A stretch of DNA of 18,647 nucleotides. Origin: a bacterium. Lineage in GTDB: Bacteria > Eisenbacteria > RBG-16-71-46. Under the pieces are notes generated by a model. That model worked only from the letters and a program-made list of their open reading frames with translations, was not told where the DNA came from and ran no database searches. The translations under genes were made by a program, and so were the position numbers. Of the stretch, positions 10,308 through 18,647 are shown in pieces; position 1 is the stretch's first letter; each line of letters opens with the position of its first letter. The DNA lies in contig JAYWEM010000135.1 in assembly GCA_043779265.1 (NCBI GenBank), positions 1 through 18,647 on the forward strand, in the 5' to 3' direction.

Positions 10308-10711
10308 TGGTGCGAGGTGGTGGGCATCGACGTCCGATGGCGGAGATCAACGTCACGCCTTTCGTCGATGTCGTGCTCGTGCTGCTCATCATCTTCATGG
10401 TGACGGCGCCCTTCATGCAGGGCGGGCTCGAGGTCGATCTGCCGAAGGTGGCCAGCAAGGGACTCGACGTGAAGGACGGGCTGATCGTCAGCGTGCGCGG
10501 CGACCTCACGCTCGCGGTCGGGCCGGATGTCGTGGCGCCGTCCCGGTTCGAGGACGCGCTCGCACAGGCGAATGCGAAGGACCGCCCGGTGTTCCTCAAG
10601 GCCGACGCGAGCGTTCCCTACGGCACGATCGTGGACTACATCGCGCGCATGCGACGAGTGGGTGTCGTACAACTCGGGTTGGTCACGGAGCCGCCCGTGA
10701 AGGGCCGCTGA
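10304..10711 (+). CDS. tolR: TolR (ExbD/TolR family)
   Basis: [24 protein letters not shown] with the conserved TM Asp, and [12 protein letters not shown]. Overlaps the tolQ stop. Confidence 0.92.
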   Translation: MMVRGGGHRRPMAEINVTPFVDVVLVLLIIFMVTAPFMQGGLEVDLPKVASKGLDVKDGLIVSVRGDLTLAVGPDVVAPSRFEDALAQANAKDRPVFLKADASVPYGTIVDYIARMRRVGVVQLGLVTEPPVKGR

Positions 10712-11388
10712 TGCGGAGTGAACTCCTGCTCTCGGGCGCCCTGCACGCACTGATCGTGGTCCTGCTGTTCTTCGTGCGGCCGGTCTCCACGATCAGCATC
10801 TCCGGCCCCGATGCCGTCCAGGTCGCACTGGTCGACGCAGCGTCGCTGCCGGTCGAGCGCGCCGCACCGACGCCACCGACGCAGGCGCCGCCTCCGCCCG
10901 AAGCGGATGCGGTGCGCATCGAGCGCACGCCGCGCGAGAAGCCGCGCGAGAAGAAGCCGGAGACGCCTGTGCGCACGCCCGAGCCGCCGCCACGCGAGAC
11001 CCCACCCTCGACGACGCCGCCCAGCGACGCGCGCCCTGCGGCGCTGCCCTACGCCAGCACGGGTGTGCCGGGGCTCAGCGCCCAGGTCGGCGTCGACCAG
11101 TCGGACTTCGCATTCGCCTACTACCTCTCCCAGGTGCGGCAGTTGATCTCCGCTCAGTGGGCATCGCCCGCAGGTATCCCCGCCGGCACGCGTGTCGTGA
11201 TCCGATTCCGGATCTCACGTGATGGCAGCGTGCGCGATCCCAGAGTCAGCGAGGCCAGCGGCAATGCCTGGTTCGATCAATCGGCGCTGCGAGCGGTGAC
11301 GATCACGCGCCGCCTTCCGCCACTCCCCGCGGGCTTCCAAGCCGGCGAACTGGGAGTCCACTTCGGATTCGAGTACACGGGGAACTGA
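10711..11388 (+). CDS. tolA: TolA/TonB-family energy transducer, 225 aa, proline-rich linker
   Basis: TM segment with SxxxH (SGALH), a Pro/Glu/Lys-rich linker, and a C-terminal domain YLSQVRQLI..QW...FRISRDG...SGNAWFDQSALRAV...PLP. Lies between tolR and tolB. Confidence 0.8.
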   Translation: MRSELLLSGALHALIVVLLFFVRPVSTISISGPDAVQVALVDAASLPVERAAPTPPTQAPPPPEADAVRIERTPREKPREKKPETPVRTPEPPPRETPPSTTPPSDARPAALPYASTGVPGLSAQVGVDQSDFAFAYYLSQVRQLISAQWASPAGIPAGTRVVIRFRISRDGSVRDPRVSEASGNAWFDQSALRAVTITRRLPPLPAGFQAGELGVHFGFEYTGN

Positions 11389-12663
11389 ATGACCACTCGC
11401 GCCTCGCTACCCCTTCTCCTCCTGCTGCTCCTCTCCACGCAGGCACTCGCCCAGCCGGCGGAGGTCCGCATCGATGTGCAGAGCGGCACCGCCCAGCGGT
11501 TGCCGATCCGCTGTGAGTCCTTCGCTCCGGCGGGGGATCGCACCGCGCGCCTGACGAGTGTCGAGGCCGACGAGGTGCTCGCCTCCGACCTCGAGCGCTC
11601 GCCCGTGTTCCGCGTGCAACGCGGTTGGAATGAGCGCGCGAGTGCCGGTCTGCAGCCGCAGTTCTTGGCGACCGGCAAGTGGCAGGTGCAGGGCGGGACG
11701 GTCCGACTGACCGGCGAGCTGCGCGAGTTGCCGAGTCGCAACTCCGTGCTGGTTCGCGAGTATCGCGCCTCGCTCACGGACTGGCGTCGGGTCGTCCATC
11801 AGTTCGCGGACGACATCGTGCTCCAGCTGACGGGGGAGGCGGGCGTCGCCTCGACTCGCATCGCGTTCGTCGTGCGACAGGGGCGGGACAAGGAACTCTG
11901 GGTGATGGATGCCGATGGGCATGGTGCGCGTGAACTGACCAGCGATCGCTCGCTCGTGCAGTCACCGGCATGGGCCCCGGATGGATCGCTGCTGCTCTAC
12001 ACCTCGTATCGGGGCGGCGGCCCGCAGCTCTGGGTGATGTCGCCGAACGACAAGCGGCAATTCCTCGTCTCGGGGCGCCCCGGACTCAACACGTCGGGGC
12101 GCTATTCGCCGGATGGTCAGCGCATTGCGTGCACGTTGAGTCAGGACGGCAATGCGGAGATCTACACGCTCGATGCGCGCGGCGGGAGTCCGAGAAGGCT
12201 CACGAATCACCGCGCAATCGAAACGTCCCCGTGTTGGTCGCCGACCGGACGCGAGCTCGCGTTCACATCTGACAGAAGCGGAACCCCGCAGGTCTATGTC
12301 ATGGATTCAGAAGGTGGTAACATACGTCGGCTCACTTATGACGTGACCTATACGGATTCCCCCGAATGGTCCCCCCGTGGCGACCGCATCGTGTTCGTCT
12401 CACGCACGGGTGGGGGGTTCGATATCTACACGTGTCGCCCTGACGGCAGCGGAACCCAACGCGTCGTCGCTTCCGGCCGCAACGAGAATCCCCGTTGGTC
12501 ACCGGATGGGAGACAACTGGTCTTCACATCGGACCGTGATGGCCAGGAAGGGATCTGGATCACCGACCTCGACGGTTCTCCGCCGAGGAAGCTCGATGTC
12601 GGGGGCCGCAGGGCCCTCTCCCCAGTGTGGTCACCCCGGCTCGCCGGCGTGGCCTCGGATTGA
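11389..12663 (+). CDS. tolB: TolB, periplasmic beta-propeller
   Basis: Signal peptide, N-terminal domain ending ...HQFADDIVLQLTGEAGVASTRIAFV, then PD40 repeats (SPAWAPDG, YSPDG, SPCWSPTG, SPEWSPRG, NPRWSPDG). Confidence 0.92.
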   Translation: MTTRASLPLLLLLLLSTQALAQPAEVRIDVQSGTAQRLPIRCESFAPAGDRTARLTSVEADEVLASDLERSPVFRVQRGWNERASAGLQPQFLATGKWQVQGGTVRLTGELRELPSRNSVLVREYRASLTDWRRVVHQFADDIVLQLTGEAGVASTRIAFVVRQGRDKELWVMDADGHGARELTSDRSLVQSPAWAPDGSLLLYTSYRGGGPQLWVMSPNDKRQFLVSGRPGLNTSGRYSPDGQRIACTLSQDGNAEIYTLDARGGSPRRLTNHRAIETSPCWSPTGRELAFTSDRSGTPQVYVMDSEGGNIRRLTYDVTYTDSPEWSPRGDRIVFVSRTGGGFDIYTCRPDGSGTQRVVASGRNENPRWSPDGRQLVFTSDRDGQEGIWITDLDGSPPRKLDVGGRRALSPVWSPRLAGVASD

Positions 12664-12686
12664 CTCTCAACTTCAAGGAGGATGGC

Positions 12687-13214
12687 ATGCGCTCGACTAT
12701 TCGTCTGGTCCTCATCGCCGCGTTCGCGGCACTCACCGTGGGCGCGGTCGGTTGCGCCAAGAAGGCGACCCAGACCGCGCCACCACCGCCCGTGAGCACG
12801 CCCGCCACGCCGACACCCACCCCGACCCCAACGACGACGCCCACCACGCCTGCGACGCCGGCGATGGATGCCGCCTCGCTGGTGCGCGGAATGCAGACCG
12901 TCTTCTTCTCACTCGATTCGTGGTCGCTCGATGATGGCGCGCGCTCGGCACTCGACGCCAACGCCCGCGTGCTGCGCGACAACCTCTCACTGAACGTCAC
13001 GATCCAGGGTCACTGTGACGAGCGAGGAACAGTCGAGTACAACCAGGCACTCGGCGAGAAGCGGGCTGAAGCGGTGAAGCAGTACTTCGCTGATGCGGGC
13101 ATCGCACTGTCGCGCATGGGTACCGTGAGTTTCGGCAAGGAGCGTCCGGCCGTCGAGGGTCAGGACGAGTCCGCTTGGTCACGTAACCGTCGCGCCGAGT
13201 TCACCCCGCGGTGA
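12687..13214 (+). CDS. pal: Peptidoglycan-associated lipoprotein Pal
   Basis: RBS AAGGAGG and lipobox AVGC. OmpA-like domain GHCDERGTVEYNQALGEKRA...SFGKERP...NRRAEF. Confidence 0.95.
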   Translation: MRSTIRLVLIAAFAALTVGAVGCAKKATQTAPPPPVSTPATPTPTPTPTTTPTTPATPAMDAASLVRGMQTVFFSLDSWSLDDGARSALDANARVLRDNLSLNVTIQGHCDERGTVEYNQALGEKRAEAVKQYFADAGIALSRMGTVSFGKERPAVEGQDESAWSRNRRAEFTPR

Positions 13215-13996
13215 GCCCGATCACGACCACGAGGGCGGCGGCATGCGGCCGGATGGCATCGTTGCTCGGCCTCGTGGTCGCCATGGGGCTCGGTGCCAGC
13301 GGTTGCTACGCGCCCCAGTTGCTCAGGCTCCAGAGCGGGCTCGATAGCCTGCGCACGCAGGTGGACACGCTCGCGGTCCGCGATGGGGTGGCTTTCCAGA
13401 CCCTGACGGATACGCGGCGTGAACTGGCGTCGCAGCGCGACCTCCTGCTCTCGACTCGTGCGACGTCCACCAGCAGCGCCCGGGAGCTGAGCGAGTCGCT
13501 CGCGAGGATCGACGGGATGCTGGAGGATGTGATGGCGAAGCTCCGCATCTCGAGTGATCGTGCTGCGGCCAGCCCACCCGCGACCACGCCCTCGGCCACG
13601 CCGGGACGAGCGGCCGGTCCGGACGCCGTCACGATGTACGACCAGGCGACGCAGGATCTCACCATGGGACGCTACGCGATGGCGCTTCAGGGCTATCGCG
13701 ACCTGCTCGTACGGCACCCGCAGCACGATCTCGCGGACAACGCCCAGTACGGCGTGGGTGAGTGCTTCTTCGCCCAGGCCGCGTTCGACAGCGCATCCGC
13801 CGAGTACGCGCGTGTGGACGCGCAGTGGCCCCGCAGTGACCGTGTCCCGGCATCGCTCTACAAGTTGGCGCTCTCGCAGGAGCGACTCGGCCGGGGTCAG
13901 GAGTCCCGCAAGACGCTCGAGGATCTGGTCCGACGCTTCCCGGCCGCCAACGAGGCCCAACTCGCCCGTGATCGAATCGGCATCGGTAAGCGCTGA
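13211..13996 (+). CDS. cpoB: CpoB/YbgF TPR protein, probable lipoprotein (start uncertain)
   Basis: Lipobox-like ASGC, coiled-coil region, and TPRs (LADNAQYGVGECFF, VPASLYKLALS...LEDLVRRFP). Directly after pal with a GTGA overlap. Confidence 0.88.
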   Translation: MSPITTTRAAACGRMASLLGLVVAMGLGASGCYAPQLLRLQSGLDSLRTQVDTLAVRDGVAFQTLTDTRRELASQRDLLLSTRATSTSSARELSESLARIDGMLEDVMAKLRISSDRAAASPPATTPSATPGRAAGPDAVTMYDQATQDLTMGRYAMALQGYRDLLVRHPQHDLADNAQYGVGECFFAQAAFDSASAEYARVDAQWPRSDRVPASLYKLALSQERLGRGQESRKTLEDLVRRFPAANEAQLARDRIGIGKR

Positions 13997-14009
13997 ACGT
14001 GAGCATCAG

Positions 14010-15710
14010 GTGCGGCCCGCGCGATCCCTCGCGCGGGCCGCCCTGCTGCTGCTGATCCTCTCCGGGTCACCTGCGAGCGCGGAGCCCGCCTCGGCGCCGA
14101 GTGACTCGCTGCATTCGCCGACGGTCCACGATACGGTGGTGGCCGGTTCGCTGTGGCGGCGCTTCGGCGAGGAGACGTGCGCCGAATTGGCCGGACGCCC
14201 GATCGCCGAGGTGCTGGCGGTTCCGCACGACATCTGGGACCCGGTGCCGCCGGGGCCGTTCGCTCGCGTCTACTCGCTCGCCAATCGACTGCATTTCCGC
14301 ACGCGACCCGCGACGATGCGCGCGAGCCTGCTGCTCCGCAAGGGCGATGCCTTCGACCTCCGGCGTGTGGCCGAGAGCGAGCGTGCGCTCCGGGCGCTGC
14401 GTTTCCTCTCGCCCGAGAGTGTGCTGGTGCGGCCGCGGGGCGACTCGGTGGAGCTGGCGTTCCACACTCGCGACCGCTGGACCACCAATCCCGAGGTGAA
14501 CCTCGAGAGCGGCGGCGGAACGCTCTACGGCTCGATGAGTTTCACCGAGCGCAATTTCCTCGGGCTCGGGTGGTGGGCTTCGATCAACTACCGCGAGGAC
14601 CCGGTCGGCATCACACGCGGTCTGTCGCTCTCGAATCCACACGCGTTCGGGAGCCCATGGCGCACCGAGTTCGTCGCGGCCACCGGGACGGCCGGGAAGT
14701 CGAATGCCTTCGCGATCGAACACCCCTATGAGGGCGAGGAGGGCACTCGGACGCTCGGTGTTCGATGGTCCCGCATCTCCTCGGAGTCCCAGCTGTTCGA
14801 CCGGGGCTCGTTGGCATCGCGGATCCCGCGCCGAACGGAGGAGGCGGAAGTGTGGTGGGGCGTGGGGCATCGCACGCCGAGTGGTCTCATCCGGCGCGCG
14901 CGATGGGTCGTGGCCGTGCTCGATCGAAGGCTCGAGCCGAGCCTGCTCGAGCCCGGCGCATCGGAGGAGTTCGAGGGCGGGCACGAAGACCTGCGTCAGC
15001 GCCGCGTCGGCGGGGAAGTGCGCCTGTGGCGGCCGCGCTTCATCCAACGGCGCGGCATCAACCGGTTCGAACGTGTCGAGGACTTCGACCTCGGACCCTC
15101 GCTGGCACTCGAGGCCGGCTTCGCACCCAAGGCCTTCGGGGGCACGGTGGATGAGGGGTTCGCCCGGGTCCGGCTGTCGGGGGGTGTGGAGGCGGATGGG
15201 CTCGGATTCGGGTTCGCCGGTGTCTCGGTGCGCAGCCGGTTCCGGCGAGATGCCCGCGAGGTGCTCGCCACGCTGACCGCACGCTGGATCGAACAACCGC
15301 ATCCGCGCATCGCCGTCGTGCTCGGCGCGATGGGCATTGCCGGTCGGGACATGCCGCACAACTTCCAGGTGGTCGTGGGCGGGCTCGATGGCCTGCGGGC
15401 GTACCCGGTGCACGCCTTGTCCGGCACGCAGTTGTGGCGGTTCAACGCGGAGGCCCGGGTCAACGGCGGCCGGGCAATGGGCGACTTCCTCCATGTCGGC
15501 GCCGCCGTGTTCACCGATGCCGCGAGGGCCTGGGGACTGGGCGCCTCGGATGCTCCCTGGCACCATGACGCGGGCTTCGGACTCCGACTCTCGCTGCCGC
15601 ACGTCTCGATCGATGACCTGATCCGGATCGACATCGCCTGGCCCATCGCGCCCACGCGAGATGGGCGGCGCGAGCCCGTGCTGACGTTCGGCTCCTCGCA
15701 GGCGTTCTGA
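14010..15710 (+). CDS. Omp85 (BamA/TamA superfamily) outer-membrane protein with apparently one POTRA domain (start approximate)
   Basis: Signal peptide ..LLLLILSGSPASA. POTRA-like TR..TMRASLLLRKGDAFD..RVAESERALRALRFL. Barrel start ERNFLGLG, lid loop GGLDGLRAYP, FTDAARAW, GFGLRL, RIDIAWP, C-terminal ...SSQAF. Confidence 0.75.
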   Translation: MRPARSLARAALLLLILSGSPASAEPASAPSDSLHSPTVHDTVVAGSLWRRFGEETCAELAGRPIAEVLAVPHDIWDPVPPGPFARVYSLANRLHFRTRPATMRASLLLRKGDAFDLRRVAESERALRALRFLSPESVLVRPRGDSVELAFHTRDRWTTNPEVNLESGGGTLYGSMSFTERNFLGLGWWASINYREDPVGITRGLSLSNPHAFGSPWRTEFVAATGTAGKSNAFAIEHPYEGEEGTRTLGVRWSRISSESQLFDRGSLASRIPRRTEEAEVWWGVGHRTPSGLIRRARWVVAVLDRRLEPSLLEPGASEEFEGGHEDLRQRRVGGEVRLWRPRFIQRRGINRFERVEDFDLGPSLALEAGFAPKAFGGTVDEGFARVRLSGGVEADGLGFGFAGVSVRSRFRRDAREVLATLTARWIEQPHPRIAVVLGAMGIAGRDMPHNFQVVVGGLDGLRAYPVHALSGTQLWRFNAEARVNGGRAMGDFLHVGAAVFTDAARAWGLGASDAPWHHDAGFGLRLSLPHVSIDDLIRIDIAWPIAPTRDGRREPVLTFGSSQAF

Positions 15711-15715
15711 TCCGG

Positions 15716-15745
15716 TTGACCAGAGGCTCGGGAGCCCCGTAGCGT
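15716..15745 (+). promoter_or_regulatory. Candidate sigma70-type promoter for the last operon
   Basis: TTGACC (15716-15721), 18-nt spacer, TAGCGT (15740-15745). RBS GGAGGA at 15761-15766. Confidence 0.55.
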
Positions 15746-15769
15746 CTCGCGGCGACTCTCGGAGGACTC

Positions 15770-16252
15770 ATGCAGATCCATGCCGTGCCGCTGCTGCTCC
15801 CCGCGGATTCCAATGTGATCGTCGGGCAGTCGCACTTCATCAAGACCGCTCCCGACCTGGCCGAGATCGTGACGACGACCGTGCCGCGCGCGCGATTCGG
15901 ATTGGCGTTCTGTGAGGCCTCGGGACCCTGCCTCATCCGGACCGAGGGTAACGATCCGGAATTGGTCGAGGCCGCGACCGGGAATGCGAAGCTGGTGGGC
16001 GCCGGGCACGTGTTCGTGCTGCTGATCCGCGACGCCTATCCGATCAACATCCTCCCGGCCATCAAGCAATGCCAGGAGGTGTGCCACGTGTTCTGCGCCA
16101 CCGCCAATCCGGTGCAGGTCCTGGTTGCCGGGACCGAACAGGGTCGGGGTATCGTCGGCGTCGTGGATGGGTCATCGCCGCAGGGCGTCGAGACGGATGC
16201 GGACAAGCAGAAGCGTCGCGAGTTCCTGCGCATGCTCGGGTACAAGGCGTGA
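15770..16252 (+). CDS. Adenosine-specific kinase family protein (PF04008-type)
   Basis: NVIVGQSHFIKT, FGLAFCEASGPCLIR.EGND, GAGHVF, AYPINIL, EVC..FCATANP, GRGIVGVVDG.SP.GVE and R.EFLR..GYK. Confidence 0.88.
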   Translation: MQIHAVPLLLPADSNVIVGQSHFIKTAPDLAEIVTTTVPRARFGLAFCEASGPCLIRTEGNDPELVEAATGNAKLVGAGHVFVLLIRDAYPINILPAIKQCQEVCHVFCATANPVQVLVAGTEQGRGIVGVVDGSSPQGVETDADKQKRREFLRMLGYKA

Positions 16253-17076
16253 TGCTCCGATTCGGCACGTCGGGAATCCCGCGGTCGACGCCTCGACCGG
16301 GCACCGAGCACGGCATCCGGCGTGCCCGTGAGTTGGGGCTCGACCACCTGGAGATGGCCTGGGTGAACGGCGCGCGGATGTCGGACGAGAAGGCGGCCAC
16401 GATCGCCGAGGCCGCTCGCGCCCACGATCTGTCGCTCACCGCGCACGGCCCCTACTTCATCAATCTCTGCGGCGCGCCGGACATCGTCGAGCGCAGCCGC
16501 GCGCGGCTGGTCGAAACCGCGAGGCTCGCGACGCTGTGCGGCGCGGAGTCGTTCTGCTTCCACGCCGGCTTCTATGGGACGCTCGGGGCCGAGGAGGCCG
16601 ATCGGCGAGTCCGACAGGAACTCGCGAGCGTGATGGGCGAGACCGAGCGCAATGGCAGCCGGGTCGACGTCCGGCCGGAGCTGACGGGAAAGGCCTCGCA
16701 GGTCGGCTCGCTCGAGGAGGTGCTCGGTTGGAGCGCTTCGCTTCCCGGCATCGCCCCCTGCGTCGATTTCTCGCATCGGTACGCGCGTGCCCTCGGCGAG
16801 TACAATCGCTACGAGGACTTCGCCGCGACGATCGAGTCGATCGGCTCCACGCTTGGACGATCGGCGCTCGATCGATTGCACATCCACATCTCGGGTATCC
16901 AGTTCGGCCCAAAGGGGGAACGCCGTCATGAGCCGCTTCGCGAGACGGCGTTCCGCTGGAAGGACCTGCTGCGCGCACTCAAGGATCTGAAGGTCTCGGG
17001 CTGGGTCGTGAGTGAGAGCCCAGCCATGGAAGAGGACGCGCTGCTGCTCCAGCGCACCTACCGGAGGATGAAGTGA
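16252..17076 (+). CDS. nfo: Endonuclease IV-like TIM-barrel protein (AP endonuclease 2 family), archaeal-type motifs
   Basis: Metal-ligand motifs AHGPYFINL, FHAGFY, PELTGK..QVGSLEE, VDFSH, HIHISGI, GERRH and SESP..EEDAL. ATG overlaps the upstream TGA. Confidence 0.8.
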   Translation: MLRFGTSGIPRSTPRPGTEHGIRRARELGLDHLEMAWVNGARMSDEKAATIAEAARAHDLSLTAHGPYFINLCGAPDIVERSRARLVETARLATLCGAESFCFHAGFYGTLGAEEADRRVRQELASVMGETERNGSRVDVRPELTGKASQVGSLEEVLGWSASLPGIAPCVDFSHRYARALGEYNRYEDFAATIESIGSTLGRSALDRLHIHISGIQFGPKGERRHEPLRETAFRWKDLLRALKDLKVSGWVVSESPAMEEDALLLQRTYRRMK

Positions 17077-18230
17077 CATCGAAGCAGGACAGCGCTCCCG
17101 TCGTCATCATCGGTGCCGGCTGCATCGGCGCTGCGATCGCCTACCATCTCGGCCGACTCGGCGTGAAGGGCGTGGTCGTGCTCGAGCGTGAGAAGTTCGC
17201 CGGTGCCGGCTCGACCGGGAAGTGCGCCGGCGGCATCCGGCAGCAGTTCAGCTCGGCCATCAATGTGCGCATCTCCGAACTCTCAGTGCGCCATTTCGAG
17301 CGATTCGAGAGTGAGATGGGCTCGGACCCCGTCTTCTTCCAGGTCGGCTACCTGTTCCTGCTCTCGGACGAGATGCGTTGGAAGGCCTTCCAGGAGCAGG
17401 CCGAGGTGCAGCGCGCTCTTGGGATCCCGAGTCAGACGCTGACCCCCGAAGGTGCTGGCGCGATCGTGCCGGAACTCGATCTGGAGGGTTTGCTCGGCGC
17501 GACGTTCTGTCCCACCGATGGTCTGGGTAATCCGCACGAGATCACGCAGGCCTACGAGCGTCGGGCGCGTGAACTGGGTGCGAGATTCCGATTCGGCGTC
17601 GCTGCCGTGGGTCTGTTGCGCGACGGCACGCGCGTGACGGGTGTGCGCACGAGCGATGGGGATATCGCCTCGCCGCTGGTGGTGAACGCCGCCGGCGCGT
17701 GGGCGGCGGCCGTGGCGTCATGGGCGGGCGTCGATCTTCCGGTGCAGCCCTATCGCCGCCACTGCTTCGTGACCAAGCCGATGCCGTGGGTCGGCGAGCG
17801 ATTGCCGATGATCGTGGACATGAAGTCGGGCGTGTACATGCATCGCGAGAGCGGCGGGTTGCTGCTCGGACTCGCCGATCGCGACGAAGCGCCCGGGTTC
17901 GATACGAGCACCAACTGGGATTTCCTCGAGAAGGTGGTCGAGCCCGCGATGGAACGCCTCCCGGCGCTGGCGGACGCCGAGATCGCACACGGCTGGGCGG
18001 GCCTTTACGAGACCACTCCCGACCACAACGCCGTCCTCGGGTTCCCCGAGGGGGTCGAGGGCCTCCTGCTCGCCAATGGGTTCTCCGGACACGGCTTCAT
18101 GCAGGCCCCCGCGATCGGCCAATTGATGGCCGAGTGGATCGTCGAGGGTAAGCCGAGCCTCGACCTCAGCGAACTCCGGCTCGAGCGCTTCCGCGAGGCG
18201 CGCGCGACCGCCGAGAGCAATGTCATCTGA
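17073..18230 (+). CDS. FAD-dependent oxidoreductase, DAO/sarcosine oxidase beta-like
   Basis: VIIGAGCIGAAIAYHL, GSTGKCAGGIRQQF, VVNAAGAW, WAGLYETTPDH and NGFSGHGFMQAPAIG. GTGA overlap with the upstream gene. Confidence 0.88.
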   Translation: MTSKQDSAPVVIIGAGCIGAAIAYHLGRLGVKGVVVLEREKFAGAGSTGKCAGGIRQQFSSAINVRISELSVRHFERFESEMGSDPVFFQVGYLFLLSDEMRWKAFQEQAEVQRALGIPSQTLTPEGAGAIVPELDLEGLLGATFCPTDGLGNPHEITQAYERRARELGARFRFGVAAVGLLRDGTRVTGVRTSDGDIASPLVVNAAGAWAAAVASWAGVDLPVQPYRRHCFVTKPMPWVGERLPMIVDMKSGVYMHRESGGLLLGLADRDEAPGFDTSTNWDFLEKVVEPAMERLPALADAEIAHGWAGLYETTPDHNAVLGFPEGVEGLLLANGFSGHGFMQAPAIGQLMAEWIVEGKPSLDLSELRLERFREARATAESNVI

Positions 18231-18231
18231 T

Positions 18232-18647
18232 ATGGCGCTCGAGAACCGCACCCTACGACTGGGCCCGCTCGACAATGGGGTCTTCGTGATCACCGATCCG
18301 GTGAGCCGTGAGACGGCGATCGTGGATGTCGGCTTCGAGCCCGAGCGGGTGATCGAGCTGGTCCGGCGTGAGTCGCTCCCGGTCCGCTGGTTGCTGGGTA
18401 CTCACGCCCACTACGATCACGTCGCCGGCATGCTCGCGGTGCAGCAGGCGGTGGGGGGCGTGTACGCGCTGCACCCGCTCGACCGGCCACTGCTCGAGAC
18501 GGTCTCGCTCCAGGGTTCCATGTTCGGATTCCCGTCGGCGGACGTGCCCAAGGTCGGTCTCGAACTGGCGGACGGCATGAAGATCGAGCTAGGTGATCAG
18601 TTGCTCGACGTCCTGTTCGTCCCCGGCCACGCTCCCGGACATGTGGC
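18232..18647 (+). CDS. MBL-fold metallo-hydrolase (glyoxalase II-like, YcbL/GloC type), 3'-truncated; not in the ORF track
   Basis: My translation from ATG 18232 gives MALENRTLRLGPLDNGVFVITDPVSRETAIVDVG...LLGTHAHYDHVAG...LHPLD...VPGHAPGHV. It has HxHxDH and PGHxPGH and stays open to the window end. Confidence 0.92.
   Translation, partial: MALENRTLRLGPLDNGVFVITDPVSRETAIVDVGFEPERVIELVRRESLPVRWLLGTHAHYDHVAGMLAVQQAVGGVYALHPLDRPLLETVSLQGSMFGFPSADVPKVGLELADGMKIELGDQLLDVLFVPGHAPGHV

Noticed and set aside
11960..12640. Repeated TGGTC(A/G)CC-type sequences in tolB as a DNA repeat or CRISPR array
   Set aside because: They encode the WSPxG motif of beta-propeller blades and are degenerate at the DNA level.
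9405..14009. N-terminal extensions in the ORF track for tolQ (9405), tolA (10267), pal (12627) and the Omp85 gene (13554)
   Set aside because: They overlap upstream genes or the promoter. Downstream starts fit better with RBSs, signal peptides or stop-start coupling.

Overview
This is a GC-rich bacterial chromosomal window (roughly two-thirds GC by eye) from a diderm. The gene families suggest an FCB-associated candidate phylum such as Eisenbacteria or Latescibacteria, which is inference only. Almost everything is on the + strand. In order: (1) the 3' end of a large exported protein with a T9SS-like C-terminal sorting domain, a PorV/PorQ-family beta-barrel and a GWxTD-domain protein; (2) a glycolytic operon pfkA-gap-pgk-tpiA; (3) secG and tRNA-Leu(GAG), followed by a perfect 18-bp hairpin; (4) a minus-strand TlpA-type redoxin; (5) a full tolQ-tolR-tolA-tolB-pal-cpoB operon with a structured 5' leader, extended by a single-POTRA Omp85 protein; (6) a tightly coupled four-gene operon encoding a PF04008-type adenosine-binding protein, an archaeal-type endonuclease IV, an FAD-dependent amine/amino-acid oxidoreductase and a truncated MBL-fold hydrolase. 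I saw no mobile elements, CRISPR arrays or clear pseudogenes. The best leads are the cargo+PorV+GWxTD module, the tolQ leader RNA, the Omp85 gene attached to tol-pal, a low-GC patch inside tolB, and the last operon. All calls come from motif reading; no searches were run.
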